NCBI RefSeq assembly: GCF_964204865.1
Contig: NC_135260.1
Coordinates: forward strand, 20,274,001 to 20,338,000
Direction of reading: 5' to 3'
From: Styela clava
Lineage: Eukaryota
Length of the DNA stretch: 64,000 bases
Positions 1 to 14,794 of this stretch are shown here, one piece after another. Numbering within the stretch: the first letter of the stretch is position 1; the number at the start of each line of letters is the position of its first letter. A program made the translations under genes and the position numbers. A model generated the notes under the pieces. The model did not search any database and had not been told where the DNA came from. It saw only the letters and a list, made by a program, of their open reading frames with translations.

Positions 1-144
1 ATTTCATGTTATTTTACATGTCCCCGCTTTTTACATGTTTGTAGATACAAATCTATACATTCTTTGCTCATACTCATAACTGTGTACTCTAAAAATAACA
101 TGATGATACATGGTATCAGCTGTTGTACAATTGTTTATACCCAC

Positions 145-571
145 CTCCTTTCATGACGCATCTGCAGTCGTGAACGCAGCAATGCATATTATCAGGATGT
201 TTATTGCAATCTTCAAATTTAACCAATTTTTGGTTACATAAGTTGTAGCATGGTACTAAATCACCTTTGAAGCCTCTTTCTGTAACAACAAAAATGTTAT
301 TAAGAATGGCTGTTGAGAATTGCTAAGTGTGACACCTCATAAGTTGATATTATCATAGATATTATCATATCGAGCCCCGCTAGATGTCTTATCTTTTCTC
401 AGAAAGAAAAAAAACTGTTTAAAATAAAACTGAGACAAAATTCTTACTTGGTTCGCATTGCTGCTGTCCCAATTTGTAGCGAAACTGAAAACATTTGAGT
501 TGACTGAATGGTGCCGCTTCACTTTCAAACAAGCTTACCATCAGAAGTAGAGAGACTGTTGCCACATTCAT
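145..571 (-). CDS. Cys-rich secreted protein family, copy 1 (exon 1 571-448, exon 2 279-145; exon 3 lies left of the window)
   Basis: ATG at 571; exon 1 MNVATVSLLLMVSLFESEAAPFSQLKCFQFRYKLGQQQCEP then GTAAG donor; TTACAG acceptor, exon 2 KRGFKGDLVPCYNLCNQKLVKFEDCNKHPDNMHCCVHDCRCVMKG then GTGGGT donor; exon sizes 124/135 bp identical to copy 2 and phases consistent. Confidence 0.75.
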
Positions 572-1319
572 GTTTGATCTACAGAGCTAAAATTGGCAAA
601 CACCAATTAATATTCAAAAATTCATATTGCAAAAATACCAATTTGGCAAGTGAACAATTGCTGGTCGTACAATGAAGGGAGTCATACACTAAATATCCCC
701 ATTCTCCGAATAGAAAAGGTCATGATATACATTTGCTTCCTGGTGTAATAAAAAATTCAAGCTGACGGGGTTCGAGCACCGGTTGCGTAATCAGGAATTT
801 TCAAAGAGGGGAGGGGATTCTGAAATTTGTAATTGTGAATTAAAACCGTATCAGCTGGTGGGTCAAGCAGGCTACGCCCCTGGGGGACGCACGTTGTTCT
901 GGATGAATATCAAACAGATACGATTATAATCTTGAGAATGCTGCCTCGTTAATTTTTTTGTAATTGAAGACATTGGAGATGGAATTACTAATTGTGCCGT
1001 AAATTATACCTGTGTAAAAATAGTTGGAACAATATTCAACCAAAGTCTAAGCGACTATAGATAGAAATCATAAGCAACCTTTTTATCGTCTCCGTGTTTG
1101 GTTGTCTCTTGTTGTGTTTCTGCAAGATGCTTGATGTCCCCAACTTTTCGTAGCACTATTTATACTATCTCATGCATCACCTCAAGCGTTTTTTTTTTAA
1201 ATCAGTGTGTAGATAGAACAATCGCATATGAGCATAATGACATTTAATATCACAGTGACATTTAAAGCCGCCTTCAGGATGCATAGGTAGGTTATTGTGA
1301 GAGAATGACATCGAGTGAA

Positions 1320-4300
1320 ATTGCTGATTACCTTCATACCGTTATGACGTCAATATGGTCTTACGGTATACCCCGATTTAAGAGAGTTCAAAAACCAACA
1401 TTGTTATTAGTAAATTTGCTCTTAATTTGAATAATTTTCATCAAGTCATCATCATCAAGTGCGATTTTTATTCTAATCTTCTATAAATAGATTTTTTCGT
1501 CGGAATTTGCTTATACTTTCAATTTATTTGAATGCAAATTGTAATACATACAACAATGACTGCAATAATCTTGAAATGTACGACCCAGACAGATTTTTAT
1601 CTGATAAAATCTTTGAAACTGAATAAGACAAGAACTGACAAAAGTGAAATCCTTACTTTCTTCAATATTGTGACTGTTTCAAATATACATTTTGCTAATG
1701 GATAGTAACTGTTTGAATAGGTGATTCTACAGTAATTCCAATTTGGTAATAGCTTGTCGTAATAAATGCCAACACGTAGTATATATAATTATTTATTTCG
1801 TATTGATTTGATTCATACTCACCCAAATACGTAATTTAGTATTAACTATCCTGAATTTTTTTCTTCCTTGGTCGTTGTTTTAATTAATCGCTTTGACATT
1901 CTACATGGAAATCATTTTCTGTCTTCATGGAATGCTGATACAGAAAACAGTTGCAATTAAGAAGATACGTGTATATGATATACGATATGTAACCGTTGTA
2001 AATTCACCATTTTGTTATACAATATAAATTAGACGTCCATTATAATTTAATAAAATTTTCAAATAAATATTCACGTAAAAATGAGTGTGAACCATTGTGG
2101 AATATCTGATGAAGTTGAATAATATTTTAAATTACAAAAATCATTGATTGGATTTTTATTAGAAAGTAATTTTTTTTAGGAAGGTGTCGTAGAACACAAT
2201 TGAAATTGAATTGCAGGATACACAAACTGCTTTGGGTATATGAAATGTAGTATTTATGATAAAGCATGCCATTTACAAATCTGTCAACTAGATTTTGTAA
2301 AATAACAAATGTAATGAATGCATCTTATTACACAACGGAAGCATCAGCTAACCACTTCTATTCCGATGTGACGTCCATATGGTGTTGCGGTATATCTCGA
2401 TTTGAATCGGAAGTTTTAGAAACCAACATTGTTGTTACTAAATTGTTTCGTAAGTTGAATAATTTATTCATCAGGTGCAATTTTTGAGATCATGTGCGAG
2501 GGCGCCTATTTTAATCTTTCGTAAATAGATTTTTTGATGTCATAATCCACCAAAATCTGCGTCATCTGTAATATGTGTTTATATGTATATATGTTTATAC
2601 GTATAATTCATTTACATGCAAATTTTATTGCTAAACAACTTAGTATTCAAATAGTCTTGACAAGTGTATACCTGGCCCACTCTGAATTTTATTTTTCCGT
2701 GATTAATGAAAATTGAAGTTGTATGTTGTTTTAGCTAATCTCTTTGACATTATTGAAACCGTCATAAAAAAAGTTTGGTCGAGTTTTTATGACCTAATCA
2801 AGAATATATCTAATCTAGAATATATTTTAATAATGGCTTTTATCACTTTACATAACACGCATGGCGTTGAATACTTCACTATTTCGAGTGCGTTGATTTT
2901 GTCCTACAATGCAAATTAGTTTTAAATTAGGAGTTAATCTGAAATTTATTTTAATTAAATGTGTATACAAAAAGTCGCAATTATAACGATACGTATTTGT
3001 TGCACGATACGTAACGTTGTAAGTTTACCCATTTATCATACAATGAAAATTAGACTTGGATTGAAAAAAACTTTCAATTGAATAATATTGTGAAAATGAG
3101 TGTGAAGCATGTTGGAATATCGGATTGAAGTGTTTTAAAGTGAAAGGCTCCTAAAAATTGATTTTTATTTCAAATTGCAAAGATCATTGATTAGATTTTT
3201 ATTAGAATAAAGAAACTTTTAGAAAGTTATCGTCGAATACTATTGAAATTGGATTAGTCTGCAGGATTCACAAACTATTTGGTTATATATCAAATGGGAT
3301 ATTTATGATGAAGCACGACATTTATAAATCTGTTAACTAGATTTTATAAAATAACAAGTGTAATATTGTGCCTGAATGCATCTCATTGTCAGAGAAACAC
3401 AACGGAAGCAGGGGTAACCACTTCCATTCCGATATGACGTCCATGTGCAAGTCTATTTTAATCGCTTATAAATAGAATTTTATATGTCATAATCTACTAA
3501 AATTTGCGTCATATGTTTGTATGTATGGCTTTACGTATAATTCATTTACATGCAAATTGTAATGTAACAATGACTTAATATTCATAACTGGACCAGATGA
3601 ATTTTTATTTTTTAAAAACGCAGGAAACCGAATAAGACATCTTCGATTTCATCAATGTTGTGAATGTTTCTGATATATATTTTGATAACGCAGCTGTTGG
3701 TGAAGTTGCTATTACGTATATATTTACAATATCTGGGAAACCGAGGTTACAATAAAAAGACAAAAATTCTCACACTTATGCGATTTTGTTAATGGTTTTG
3801 TCAATAATTCATTACATAACTCAGTTTGTTCCTACTTCAGCATGCTATCAGTATTTCGCACCTGATCTTATATAGTTAGTTTGTGCAATTAGTAATAAGA
3901 TAAATGGGTAATTTATTACTTAATACACGCATACTTCACTGTTTCAAGTGCGTTTGTTTTGATGTACAATGCAAATCAGGTTTTAATATGGAGTTAATCA
4001 GAAACTCATTTTAAGTAAATGTTGACAGTTAGTCAGTCACAATTAACACTATACGTAAAAGTTGTGAGGTCGCCGCTTTGTTGCATAAAAAAACTAGATA
4101 AAAAGAACTTTCAAATAAATGATCTAGTAAAATGGATGTGAACCATGGTGAAATATTGGATGAAAGCGTATTAGTGTAAAAGTTGTCGTCGAACACTATT
4201 GAAAGCGAAATAGTTTGTAGAATACCCAAACTACCAGGATTCTACGAAATAGTAGCCTATAAGTTAAAACACGTGATTTACAAATATTCGCAAGTAGATT

Positions 4301-4320
4301 TTGTGAAATATAAAATGGTA
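1320..4320. repeat. Three degenerate ~1-kb tandem subunits inside the duplicated upstream region
   Basis: Motifs GTYRTCGTMGAAYACWATTGAAA (about 2184, 3225, 4182) and CCGWTRTGACGTCMAT (about 1339, 2363, 3429) recur with about 1 kb period; same subunits occur in units 2-4. Confidence 0.75.
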
Positions 4321-5199
4321 TAAAGTTCGACGCGCTTACCGAAGCAAGATCGATTTTTGGTACATTTTCAATATTTGTTTTTTCTGTAGCTTTGATAATC
4401 CACATAAATTGCTAATAACCAGCCCCATTGGAATACATTCAATTCAATAAAAATTGGTAAATTTAGGTTTGGGGTCCACTAAATAGGATTATGCTACATT
4501 ACAATAAGACATGAAAAACGACAAAATTTATTGACTTTTTTAACTTTAAAAATTCAGAACTTATATGTAACTAACTAGAAATAGCTATGGTCAAATATAT
4601 GTACACGAAGTCCATAACGAAATGTTTCACCACCAATTCCCCGAAAATCATACGGTATCCTGAACAAAACTGAACAGCCACGGTATCTGGGTACCGGTAA
4701 CGGTACGCGGACTGTGCTAACTTTTCGAGGCCATGTGAAGATGATCTATCTAAACTACATGATTCAGTTTTGTAAAACTGTATTCCCGTGAGTAAAAAAG
4801 AATACAGCAAAAGTTTGAATGAAATATCAGATCTCATAGGATTCATAGAATATTTAGAGATAAATAAAAGTAATAGGCTTGTAGCGAAAAATGAAATCTT
4901 TAACCACTGAAAATTTCAAAGCATTTGATCCAGTAATTAATAAAGAGAAAGGCGATTTTTCCATAACCATCTTCTTCTTCAAACACAGAATCCTTAACCA
5001 CTATAAGCGAATTTGTGACGTATTAATAGCTCGTTTAACTTTCTTTTTTTCAGCCCACTCAAGCGCACTGTCGTGATACCGCGTTACCACGCCATCGCCG
5101 GTAAAGACATAATGATGGACAAAACGTACTCTTGTTTAAAAATGGGCGTCTCAAAATATCTCGTGTCCCATGGGAAATACAAATGTGTGCTGTCCCATC

Positions 5200-6776
5200 C
5201 AGTGGCGTAACTACCCATTGGATCTTGTGGATAAATCCAGGGGCGGCACGTTGCTGGAGCCTGGAGGGCGGCAAAATGTGGAAAAACGTTTTAAACGAAG
5301 CGAAAAAAAGTTTTCAATGAACCAAGGCAGTCACATTAAACAACCTAACTACCAATGAAGCCAAAATATTACACAAGATATACGTCTAAACCAGGTGTTT
5401 TATGGCTCGTGGCCCCCTTCCAGCGCCTATTCGCACTCGCGGTCTCCGTGTTCGGCATTCCAAAAAAGAAACGTGTTGGGTTGTATTATGTGTTTACGAC
5501 CTATTAGGGAATGCAAAAGCAAACCACAGACAAGAAAGTAAACGCTCTCCAGTATACAATCAAAGGGAATCTTGCGCTTAGGACTGTCTGACGCGGTTTA
5601 TCGTATTAGGCGCAGTCTTTTTTATAGCTAGACGAATGTCAACATCAAGACGGTTTATAAATTCTGTTTTTGTGGTAAGAAAAATTGGCTTTTGCTCTGA
5701 CAGAAAGCCGAACTTAGTCAATGTGCGTTCCTGTCAAATCTAACTCGCTTGGCAGCAAAGAAACGTTTTTCACCGGGGGTGGTTTTTGTTGCGGTATTTT
5801 GGAGTTCAGATGGACGTAATGATTTATTGCTCATTAAATACGAGCAATGCCAGCATTAATCACATTCTCTGACATCTCAATTTACTTTGGTAAAGTCAAC
5901 GGAACTGTTGTTGTTAGTACATCTTTCTGTACTTGAAGGCCCAGGAACGCAGCTATTCATGTGTTCATCCAAAACGGTACTGTGGTTCAATTTTCGTAAT
6001 TACGTCTATAATACGCTAGCGAAGGTTATCTCGCAGTCGAGTGGAACTGCCATTCTGTAGGTTAGGCCAGACGGCCTACCGGCGAACTATTTTCATTGGT
6101 AGATTTCAAATTCCCTTATGATCAAACAATTCACGCACAAAAAATGAATACACCCTGACCCTGTGATCGCAAATAATCCTATTCAGGTAATGAAACTACC
6201 GTGAAAAGTATGCAAACAAAGTCGCTATATAATAAATTATTAGTCTTGTGTCGTGGTCCCCCTCGAACTGCTTCGTGGCCCCTGTAGGGAGCCCTCGGAT
6301 GAGAACCACTGCACTAGTACAATCAAGTGATTTTACATTTAAAAATGACGCTACAGCGCTGGACGTAATGCAGTGGTTTGCAAACATCGTTTATGTGAAT
6401 CAACACCTTATTTATTCATGAGTCTCAAGCTTTACCTCACTGTTGCCGTTTCTTTCACAAGCTGCGAATAACGAAGTCAAAACCTAAGCTGGTAAAGTTT
6501 TACTTGAGATCGACTATGGGAGAAAGCAGGCTGCCTGTGCCAGCAATACTGCTCATTGAAAGTGATTTAGTCGAGACATTATCTTTTGACATATATATTT
6601 TCTGAATTTGCTCCAATGAAAACTAGACATTGAATTTGGAGCTTTCGAAAAAATTTACTATTCACTGCTTTAATTCTTCTGTTGTGTAGAATTTTATCCA
6701 GCTTTTACGACGGTGTTGAGGGGGCGGCATTTCGCGCAAAGATCCAGGGGCGCCACATTGCGTTGTTACGCCACTG
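5200..6776. mobile_element. Non-autonomous hAT-type DNA transposon
   Basis: TIRs CAGTGGCGTAAC / GTTACGCCACTG; perfect 8-bp TSD GTCCCATC (5192-5199, 6777-6784); right end repeated at about 45330-45683. Confidence 0.9.
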
Positions 6777-7297
6777 GTCCCATCCCATGGGACATTTTTA
6801 CCATGGACAAGCTTGCAAATAACCCATAGCAGTTTGTTTCTTCATAATGACATTGGGCGAAATCAACGCCAAATTTCCGCAAATTATCTAAGGCACACTT
6901 TGATTATTTGAAACGTGTTTATTATGTCATTAGCTGAATATTGAGTGCCGGTTTCAAGGTTTGATTGATACGTGCGGGACGAGTATTAGTGCCCTGGCGA
7001 CGACTTTTTGCTTCCGATTCACCGCGAAAGCGCTCCGTCAAATCTCGCATGATTTAGAAACCTGAAAACGAGATAACGACCGGAGACCGCTGACTTATCG
7101 ATCTGCAAAAAAAAATATTTAATCAATAACTCGCTAATTATAAAAAAAAAATTGAAAAAAAGAAAATTTAACTTGCTAATTATACGACATAATTCATCCA
7201 AAATCAATAGCCTGCCGATCAAGATCGATAAGTAATCAGCATGCGTGCTTTTTCCGTTCTGATACCTTTCTTGATTAATATTACCATCCATGTAAAA

Positions 7298-7740
7298 CAG
7301 GGGTCGGCAACATTTTGTCGCTCGCGGGCCAAAATTAAAGGTTGCAAGTCATTGGCGGGTCGCACATATTTTTAGAAAGTTAAAAATCGAATGGATGACC
7401 GATGAATCACAATTTTTCACACAGATCAGAAGCTAAATTTTAAGCAGCGCGCGAAGACTGACCATTTGAATATTTTTTGCGCCATTAAACCATTTGCACA
7501 TAGCATCAGCTTTACTGCGTTTTATTGCCATTTGTCTAATCTAAATCATAATTAAATTATAGGCTCATTAAACGAGTAATTGTGAATTATATACTTGTTA
7601 CCTTATAATATAATTTAGTCTACACGTAAATTCTTTTGCGTAAAGAATATAATCGACAAAACAGCTATAATTTGTTACTATAATTCAGTGAAGCGTCGCG
7701 GGCCGGATCCGGCCCGGGGGCTGTAGGTTGCCGACCACTG
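7298..7740. mobile_element. hAT-type MITE
   Basis: TIRs CAGGGGTCGGCAAC / GTTGCCGACCACTG; perfect 8-bp TSD ATGTAAAA. Confidence 0.9.
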
Positions 7741-9405
7741 ATGTAAAAGGTTATGAATATTTCTTTGTTTAAACCAGATAACTGTCAAGAACAGAATAAT
7801 ATTCCAGAGCTTCGCCTTGACATTCAGCTAGATATCACCTTGGTACGCAACGCTGCAGGTGGTCACGAGACGTGCAGCAAAAGCACAGGCCGCTGAAATC
7901 TTTTCCGGGTGATTCACACATTGTATTGTGAATTCATTTTCATTTGATCATCTGAAGAGGGATAAATAAAACAGCAGCAAAATTCTTGCTAGAGTTAATT
8001 CTGTTTGTACACAATTTGGCATGTACATGTTTAATATGTGAGATGTTTTCAGTGTGCCTTTTTACGCACAATGGGTGAAAAACGAAATATACGCAAATAT
8101 ATATATGTTATTATTTTATGTTCCACCCATTTCAATTTTTGGCCGGCACATTATTTGGTAGTTATTCTTCATGTGAAATGTTTCTAAGTGTGCCTTTTTT
8201 ACTAGAAGCATACTGAGTGCCCGACATTGCACTATATCACGCAAATATATGATATTTTTGTTCCACTCATTTCAATTTTTACCGGTCAGCGACAACGATG
8301 ACTCGTGGCAGTTTCAAATTGAAATGAAGCCGGATCATAAGAAGCGGGTGGCATAGCCTTAAGCGTATCATCCTCATTAAGTAATATGATGGTTGAAAAA
8401 TAAATTTGTTTCGACTTTTTTGTGAAGGGGGCGTTCAGCAATCGCTGAGTTGTCTAAGTGGGCGCTGTGAAGTAATGTGATTACTCAAATGATGAGTAGC
8501 GCGACAACTTTTAATTGGTTACATTGAGCAAAGTTAAAATCAATAGGCAACATGATACCACAAATCAAAACCACTTGGTGCCTGGCCTTGAACAAACAAC
8601 AGACACGCAACAACAGATGGATTTTACAAAATATGTGTGTCAATTAAAGCTACTCAGACAGGCCGTCAGTTGCGATCATATAATCTGCTTGTTGTATCTG
8701 GTTCTCTGAAGAAATTAATAGGTGAATGCAAAAATATCCATTCACCACCTTCGGACGACTTGCTCGTAAAATGCGCCACAAAAAAGCAAGTTAACATCTT
8801 GATTGCATATAATGTGTAGCGTACCGACAGTCTATGAAATAATTATCCAAGTTTAGAATATCTTCCAATATGATCTGACGTCAAGTTTCTTCTCAATATT
8901 CACTTCAAGTTATGCTATTTTATTTATTTATTAACAATCTCTCAATACAACCAAATACCAAACAAAACGACAAGCATACAATAACGCGACATGTACCAGG
9001 CAGCACAATGCAAGAAAACAGAATATACACAATAAAAACACCTTGAACAGTACTGATGATAGATAATTCCCTGACAACAATCAAAAATACAACGCTAAAA
9101 TAACTGCAATGGCACTGGACTGAAACAATATTATCAGCCTACTGTCTAGCATAAAAACATCCAACAAATCCCCATCCCGCAGTCACAAAACCACGAACAA
9201 ACATCCCTGATAACCCACCGGAGACCAGAGTCACTCCCACAGACACTCATGACCAGAATCCAACCGAAAACCAACCACACTGTACCGGTACCAACCACAT
9301 CACACGCTGACAGCCACACCCCAAAAGAACAGAACCGACAGCGCCCCCAGTGTCCCCAATGCAAAAATGCCAAATAATGCAATAATATCACACGACAGCA
9401 TTTGA

Positions 9406-10330
9406 CAGTAATCAGTAATCAGTAATTTATTTTTTCACCAAACAGAAAAAAACACTTCATGCAAATAAATATAAAAAAGGAATTTAAATACGGCATTTCA
9501 GGGCTAAAGGAATCGCGAAAAACCAAAACTGGTTAACGAGCAGCGACACCCGTGAATTTATCTAACAGAAATATAAACAGGAGAGAGAAAGAAGTCAAAC
9601 ATTATATCATGAGAAAAAAAAAGACAGCAAAATTCAAACCAAATACGTACAACACTTGACAGATAAAACAAGGGTCGTCACAAATGATTTAGGAAACGCT
9701 TCAGCGTTGATTCCCGTCAAAACAGAAAAGTAGGGATTTTTCTGCCAATTGCGTTATCCAACACGTTCCAGAAGATCTGACAAACAACGAAATAGCTTGC
9801 TCTCTTGCTAAATTCCGTGTTGTACAAGCAAAGTGATTAAACGAAAAACAAGCTCAGGCTCTGAACTTTGCTCTACGGACATATTAAATTTCAGCACAAA
9901 TATTTGGCCTTCTACGGTCGAGATTGGATTCCTAAGGTTCAAGACTCATGAATGCCGATACGGTTGAATTGTAACAGATATGTGCATATTATTGGTAAAC
10001 ATTGCCGCGGTACGAAGCGCTGCACCCGTTGTGGTGGAGAACACGAATAGGAGTCATGCAATGCTACTCCACATTGTACAAATTTCGGTCTTTCTCATAG
10101 TGCTGCATATGCTGGATGTAAGATATATAAAGAAGAGAGCAGATTAGGATCCTTCGTAAAAACCAAAATTTGAATTACTCCGACGCTCGCAACCTTATAT
10201 ATCTTTTAAAAAAGGAAGCATATGGTCAAGTAAATAAAAACCTTGTTTTGTCCCCTGATAAATTCCCATCTTTAAAAACAAAGAAAAGACAGGATGTTAG
10301 GGCTTCCACACTATTCATTAGTCAGAGAAA
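9406..10330 (-). mobile_element. Decayed 3' end of a CR1/L2-type LINE
   Basis: On the minus strand: broken ORF2 C-terminal-like peptides (PIRVLH..ALRT, FWNVLDNAI), then AATAAA followed by an (ATTACTG)3 tail at about 9406-9432. Confidence 0.55.
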
Positions 10331-10614
10331 GCACCAGACTATACTAGAACTTTAGAAAGGGTCCTGCTGACATTTCTTTGTTTGCCAGTGCTCAGCACTC
10401 ATGGTTGTGCTCAGCATGCGGTCAACAACGACAAGACGATATTTTCTATTCTTTATCTGAATCTGACCAATCAACGGCAGATCTTCTTGATAGAACAAAA
10501 AAATAATCCAAAACAAAGACCTCAAATCACAGTAGATTCCATTCAAGTCTTTGCATTTCTAACCGAGGTTATACAAAATACTATCGTTGCTAGTTCGAAA
10601 GGAGAAAGTGTACG

Positions 10615-10881
10615 ATGCTCCATGGACGATGGAAAACCCAGCTGTTGATTACGAACTTGTTAACATACCTAAACCAGTTGCAACAAACAATATCAAGATT
10701 GCGAGTAATGATTATACTTAATCTTGCTTTGCACACTGTCGAACTATGTGCGATAAGTATGGCAATGGAATGGATAAACAAAAATCGCCCTCCCTCAGTA
10801 CTGATTCTTTCAGATTGTCTTGGTGCTCTTAAAAGTATTGAATGTTTTATCAGTTCACCTCACCATCTGGTTGCCGATTAA
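10615..10881 (+). pseudogene. RNase H fragment of a non-LTR retrotransposon (I/Nimb-like)
   Basis: TVELCAISMAMEWINKNRPPSVLILSDCLGALKSI matches the AEL.AI..AL....vlI.SDS.saL RNase H pattern. Confidence 0.65.
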
Positions 10882-11181
10882 TTTATATACTTGAGATTTT
10901 TATAATTTATCATGATATTCATAATTTATATACGAATTTGAGAAAAATAATCGTTTTAATTTTCTGTAGCATTTTAACAGTCCGTCTTTCATAATAACGT
11001 AACTTATACCAGGTTATTGGAATTATTTTGCGTTTTAAAAAAGAGCTGGTGAAGATCACTACTACATCATTTCCTATTTGGTTAGGTCTGTGACTGCGAA
11101 ACCTGCCAATACACGCAACTCCATCGGACTTCTCTTGCTTTGGTGCTAGTGATTCGTATTTAACATATTATGGGCTGGCAT

Positions 11182-12480
11182 CAGCGCCGGATTAACCATT
11201 AATGATTAAACAATATGAGCACGTGCTTAGGGCACCAAGCAAAGAGGGGCATCACAGAAATTTTTATAGCAAAATTTTATGTAGTTTATCGGTGTTTATT
11301 TAAAATATTACGAGTTCACCATGCGACTCAAACTTCAAAATGTTCTCTTATTTTTCATCTTCAAGTATCATATTATCCTTCTTTACCAAAAGTAAACACT
11401 TAAACTTATTTATCGGACACGAAATTGGCCTATGAGTCGTTTTGTAAAATTGTTGTTGTTTTTTCTTCCTAGTATTCTCCTTGTCGCTGCATTTTTGTTT
11501 TAAAAAATTTCGGTACTCTTGAAGTATACGCACCAAGATGTCGCACAACCTGAAACCTAACTTGGTACACAGCCTGAGTTCAGATTGTGCACCATCTTGG
11601 TACGCATACTTCAGGAGGTCCTGAAGGTGCTGATACATTCCGTTCGGCCCACAAAACAATTTTAGCGTATATTTTTATCTAATAGCAGAGCGTTTTTGAG
11701 TTTTTACAGATATCCCAACTGGGGTTGGAATACCGAGAGTCAAACAATTTTTTTTAGCGCTTTGTGCCTTTCTTTTAGTAAAAACACTTCTCTGTTTTCA
11801 AACATATTTCCTTGCTCCTCACACAGTGTCTGGTTTGATTTCAAGTAATATATGTCACGAAAGAATATAATTTGAAGCGACATCGAACGCGAGATGCAAA
11901 AATACAACGTTAATTTTAGGGAATTAATTTTTGAATAACTGAAGGCTTTATATATCTTCTTTAAATGAACGCCACTCATGCAACATAATAATGGTCTGAT
12001 TAGAACGATGAACTCTCGTTGTTTATTAAATTAAAGTATGTAAAATCGCGATATTCTGATCACTTTTGGGTTTTCTTCGATTTGCGGCCCGCGAGACCTC
12101 CTCAAAAGTTTTTGCGGTCCTTCAACCTAGCAACCTTGGACCACCCCGAGGTAGACTAGGTACCGGTATAATTGCAAACTACAGTTGTGACTTGTATCCT
12201 TTGGTATTTCGCTTCATGTTGAGACTGGAGGCATGAATCTTTATTGTCACACTCCTTCAGGATTAGAGCTCAACCGTTATATCGGCCCGATGTTATGTGT
12301 TTGCCGGTATATCATATCGACAGTAAACGGCCGATATATATATTATTTTTAATTATAATTGATTATTTTTAATGGATAATAAATACACTTATGTTTATTG
12401 TTTTTATAATTTTAATTACACATAAGGGGGCACCAAAGTCTTCAGTGCTTAGGGCACCAAAGGGGCATAATCCGCCCCAG
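11182..12480. mobile_element. Degenerate hAT-type non-autonomous element
   Basis: Ends CAGCGCCGGATTA / TAATCCGCCCCAG; subterminal GTGCTTAGGGCACCAA at both ends; imperfect TSD GCTGGCAT/CCTGGCGT. Confidence 0.6.
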
Positions 12481-14794
12481 CCTGGCGTATAGTGTTCATT
12501 TTATTTACTCAGTATTTACCGGATATGACAGTATTTACTATGCAGTTACGATATTTTATTGCGTTTTTTTTTTCTTCTATAAATATTAGTGCCAAATTTT
12601 CAATATTGTATCTTGATTTACTGATTAACATTAAATTTATCAATACTTGTTTGTAATTTCTTCCACGATCTGTGCACAATTTTTGTTGAGCGTTCATATT
12701 TTGGGTTGGTAGTAAACTTTTGTACAAGAAAGAAGGTAAATCGTGGCTTTCAATCAAAAGGCAAATGTTCTTTCAAGTAGCCTCAGGTTGACTTTCGATA
12801 TAAGTGTGGTAGTTTGATTTTAAGACGTATGATCAAGAATGCTTAGGCCAATATTTGTTAATGTATATCACCTAATTGTCCGTAGCCCCGCAGATCCGAC
12901 GAGTATGTCTCAAGCTTAAGCTCGATTTTAGAGTTACTCCATCATGTTTTTACACGTGCTATTTGTAATGTTTTTGCCAGTCAATCAACCTGGTTTGTAA
13001 ACGTTTCCGTGCCCAAGCAAACAAGTCCTCTATCAAGTCATTCAACCATCAATATATATATGTTCTTTAAAGTAATAGTCTTTTCACTCTTGCCTTTATA
13101 TGCAATTATTGAAACATCTATACCCGTAGATTCATTTTGCAGTGTTCAGGTTGCTTCACAGCGATCAAATGAATTCAACAGCTCGCTTCTTCGTCAAATA
13201 TGGTTTTTATGGAATGTATGAAGACTTTGATGAGTATTCTATGCTATTTTCAAACTGACCACACAAACAAAAACACCTATCTGAATTTCATGGCTATAAA
13301 TAAAAAGCCAGACTTTTGCCCTTGATATCTAACATATCTTTCTACCAAATTTTTCCAACTCGGTACGATAATTCAATCATACTCCCTGATTTTATTAATT
13401 GGTATGATCTGGACTTTAATTTGGTTAGTTATGGAACAGGTGAAAAGGTGGTCTGGTCTAGCGTAGCACAGCTCTTCCTGCATCCAGCTAACAGCAAATT
13501 GGCATTAGAGAGACTACACCAATGATAGGCTTGGCGATACTTTTTATTACATAATATTTCTTTATTTTTCATTCTGTTCATCAGAATTGAATTCGGCAAT
13601 ACTTACAGTATTGTTGACATGACGTGACCAATACCCGTGTTTTATTGTTGTCTGGTTCTCTTTTTGTTTACCAAGTAATTTATTAATTTGTTACTACGTA
13701 AGTTTTTCTCGTTGTTTATTTTTATTCAATATATCGTTCTGTTTGTATGTGAGCGTGCGGGTATGTATAAATCAATATCATATATAATTTAAGTTAAGTG
13801 AATTCGAATCACTTCTTTCAACAAAATTCTCCAAATTCTATAGGTTTACTAAATATATGTAACATAGACTCAAAGACATTCGAGAAAATTGCCTTTGACT
13901 GCCTTGCGTTTACAATTCCAACTTCACATACCACGCTTATCCCATTGAAATGATTCCGTTTTTGTTAATACTTATATATTTCAGAACATATATCAGATTT
14001 ACATGCAGCATAGTCGAACGATACTTTGTCGGTAAAGGAATATATATATACCAACGGCGCACAACCTGCGGCCGTCGCGAAAAAAAAAATGCGGCCGTCC
14101 ACATACAAAATCCTATGAAAAAAAAGTTCAAAATATAGGATTTGGCGGCTATGCTGGCGTATATTGAAGCAAAACAGAAGCACTGCAAAAAAGTCAGACG
14201 ACACGATGCGTCACAATCTAGATTCTAGATGGTGTATTTGCTGCCAGTTACCTCACTTTGCAAGTTTATCTGCCCACATGCAAGATCAAAGGAGTCATTA
14301 AATTGCTACAATTCTTTGCAAACTTTTATAGAATAAATTCATAAAAATATTTGACATTTTATTATACTTTTGGGGACAAGAAAATGGGGGCGACCGCCCC
14401 TCCCCGACTTTGGATTTTTTCCAAAATTGTGCAACCATTATGCAACTTGCTGAATATATCTGCTCTAGAATAGGTCCACCGACAAAAAAAATCCTTTTAA
14501 ATTGCGAATATTATACTTTCAAGTAGTCCTACATACTTCATAATTGGGCAGAGTGCACCTCGCACGGGTCAAACACGCGGTTATGACGTCATAAAGCCAA
14601 AAAATTTCGCGCGCCTTCGCCGCGATATTAACCTCCTGGCAGCCGTATTGTATAAAAATAAATGCAATGTGGCCGCCAATAGCAAAAAGGTTGTGCACCC
14701 CTGATATATACAAATAGAAAGATATCGACAGACACGAATATTGGATTGAAATGAAAATTCGAATTTCATACTGATGGAGTATAAGTAATATATA

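Larger units (their letters stand above)
1..4750. repeat. Segmental duplicate unit 1 (gene plus about 4 kb upstream)
   Basis: Colinear high similarity to about 15140-18562, 25015-29560 and, inverted, 56815-58740. Confidence 0.9.

Noticed and set aside
5391-6311. Nested MITE inside the 5200-6776 element
   Set aside because: Right TIR-like GAGAACCACTG seen, but the left end is degenerate and no TSD matches; boundaries unsupported
8930-9400. 81-aa Cys/Trp/Gly-rich minus-strand ORF
   Set aside because: Arises from a CA-rich low-complexity strand bias next to LINE debris; no splice or homology support
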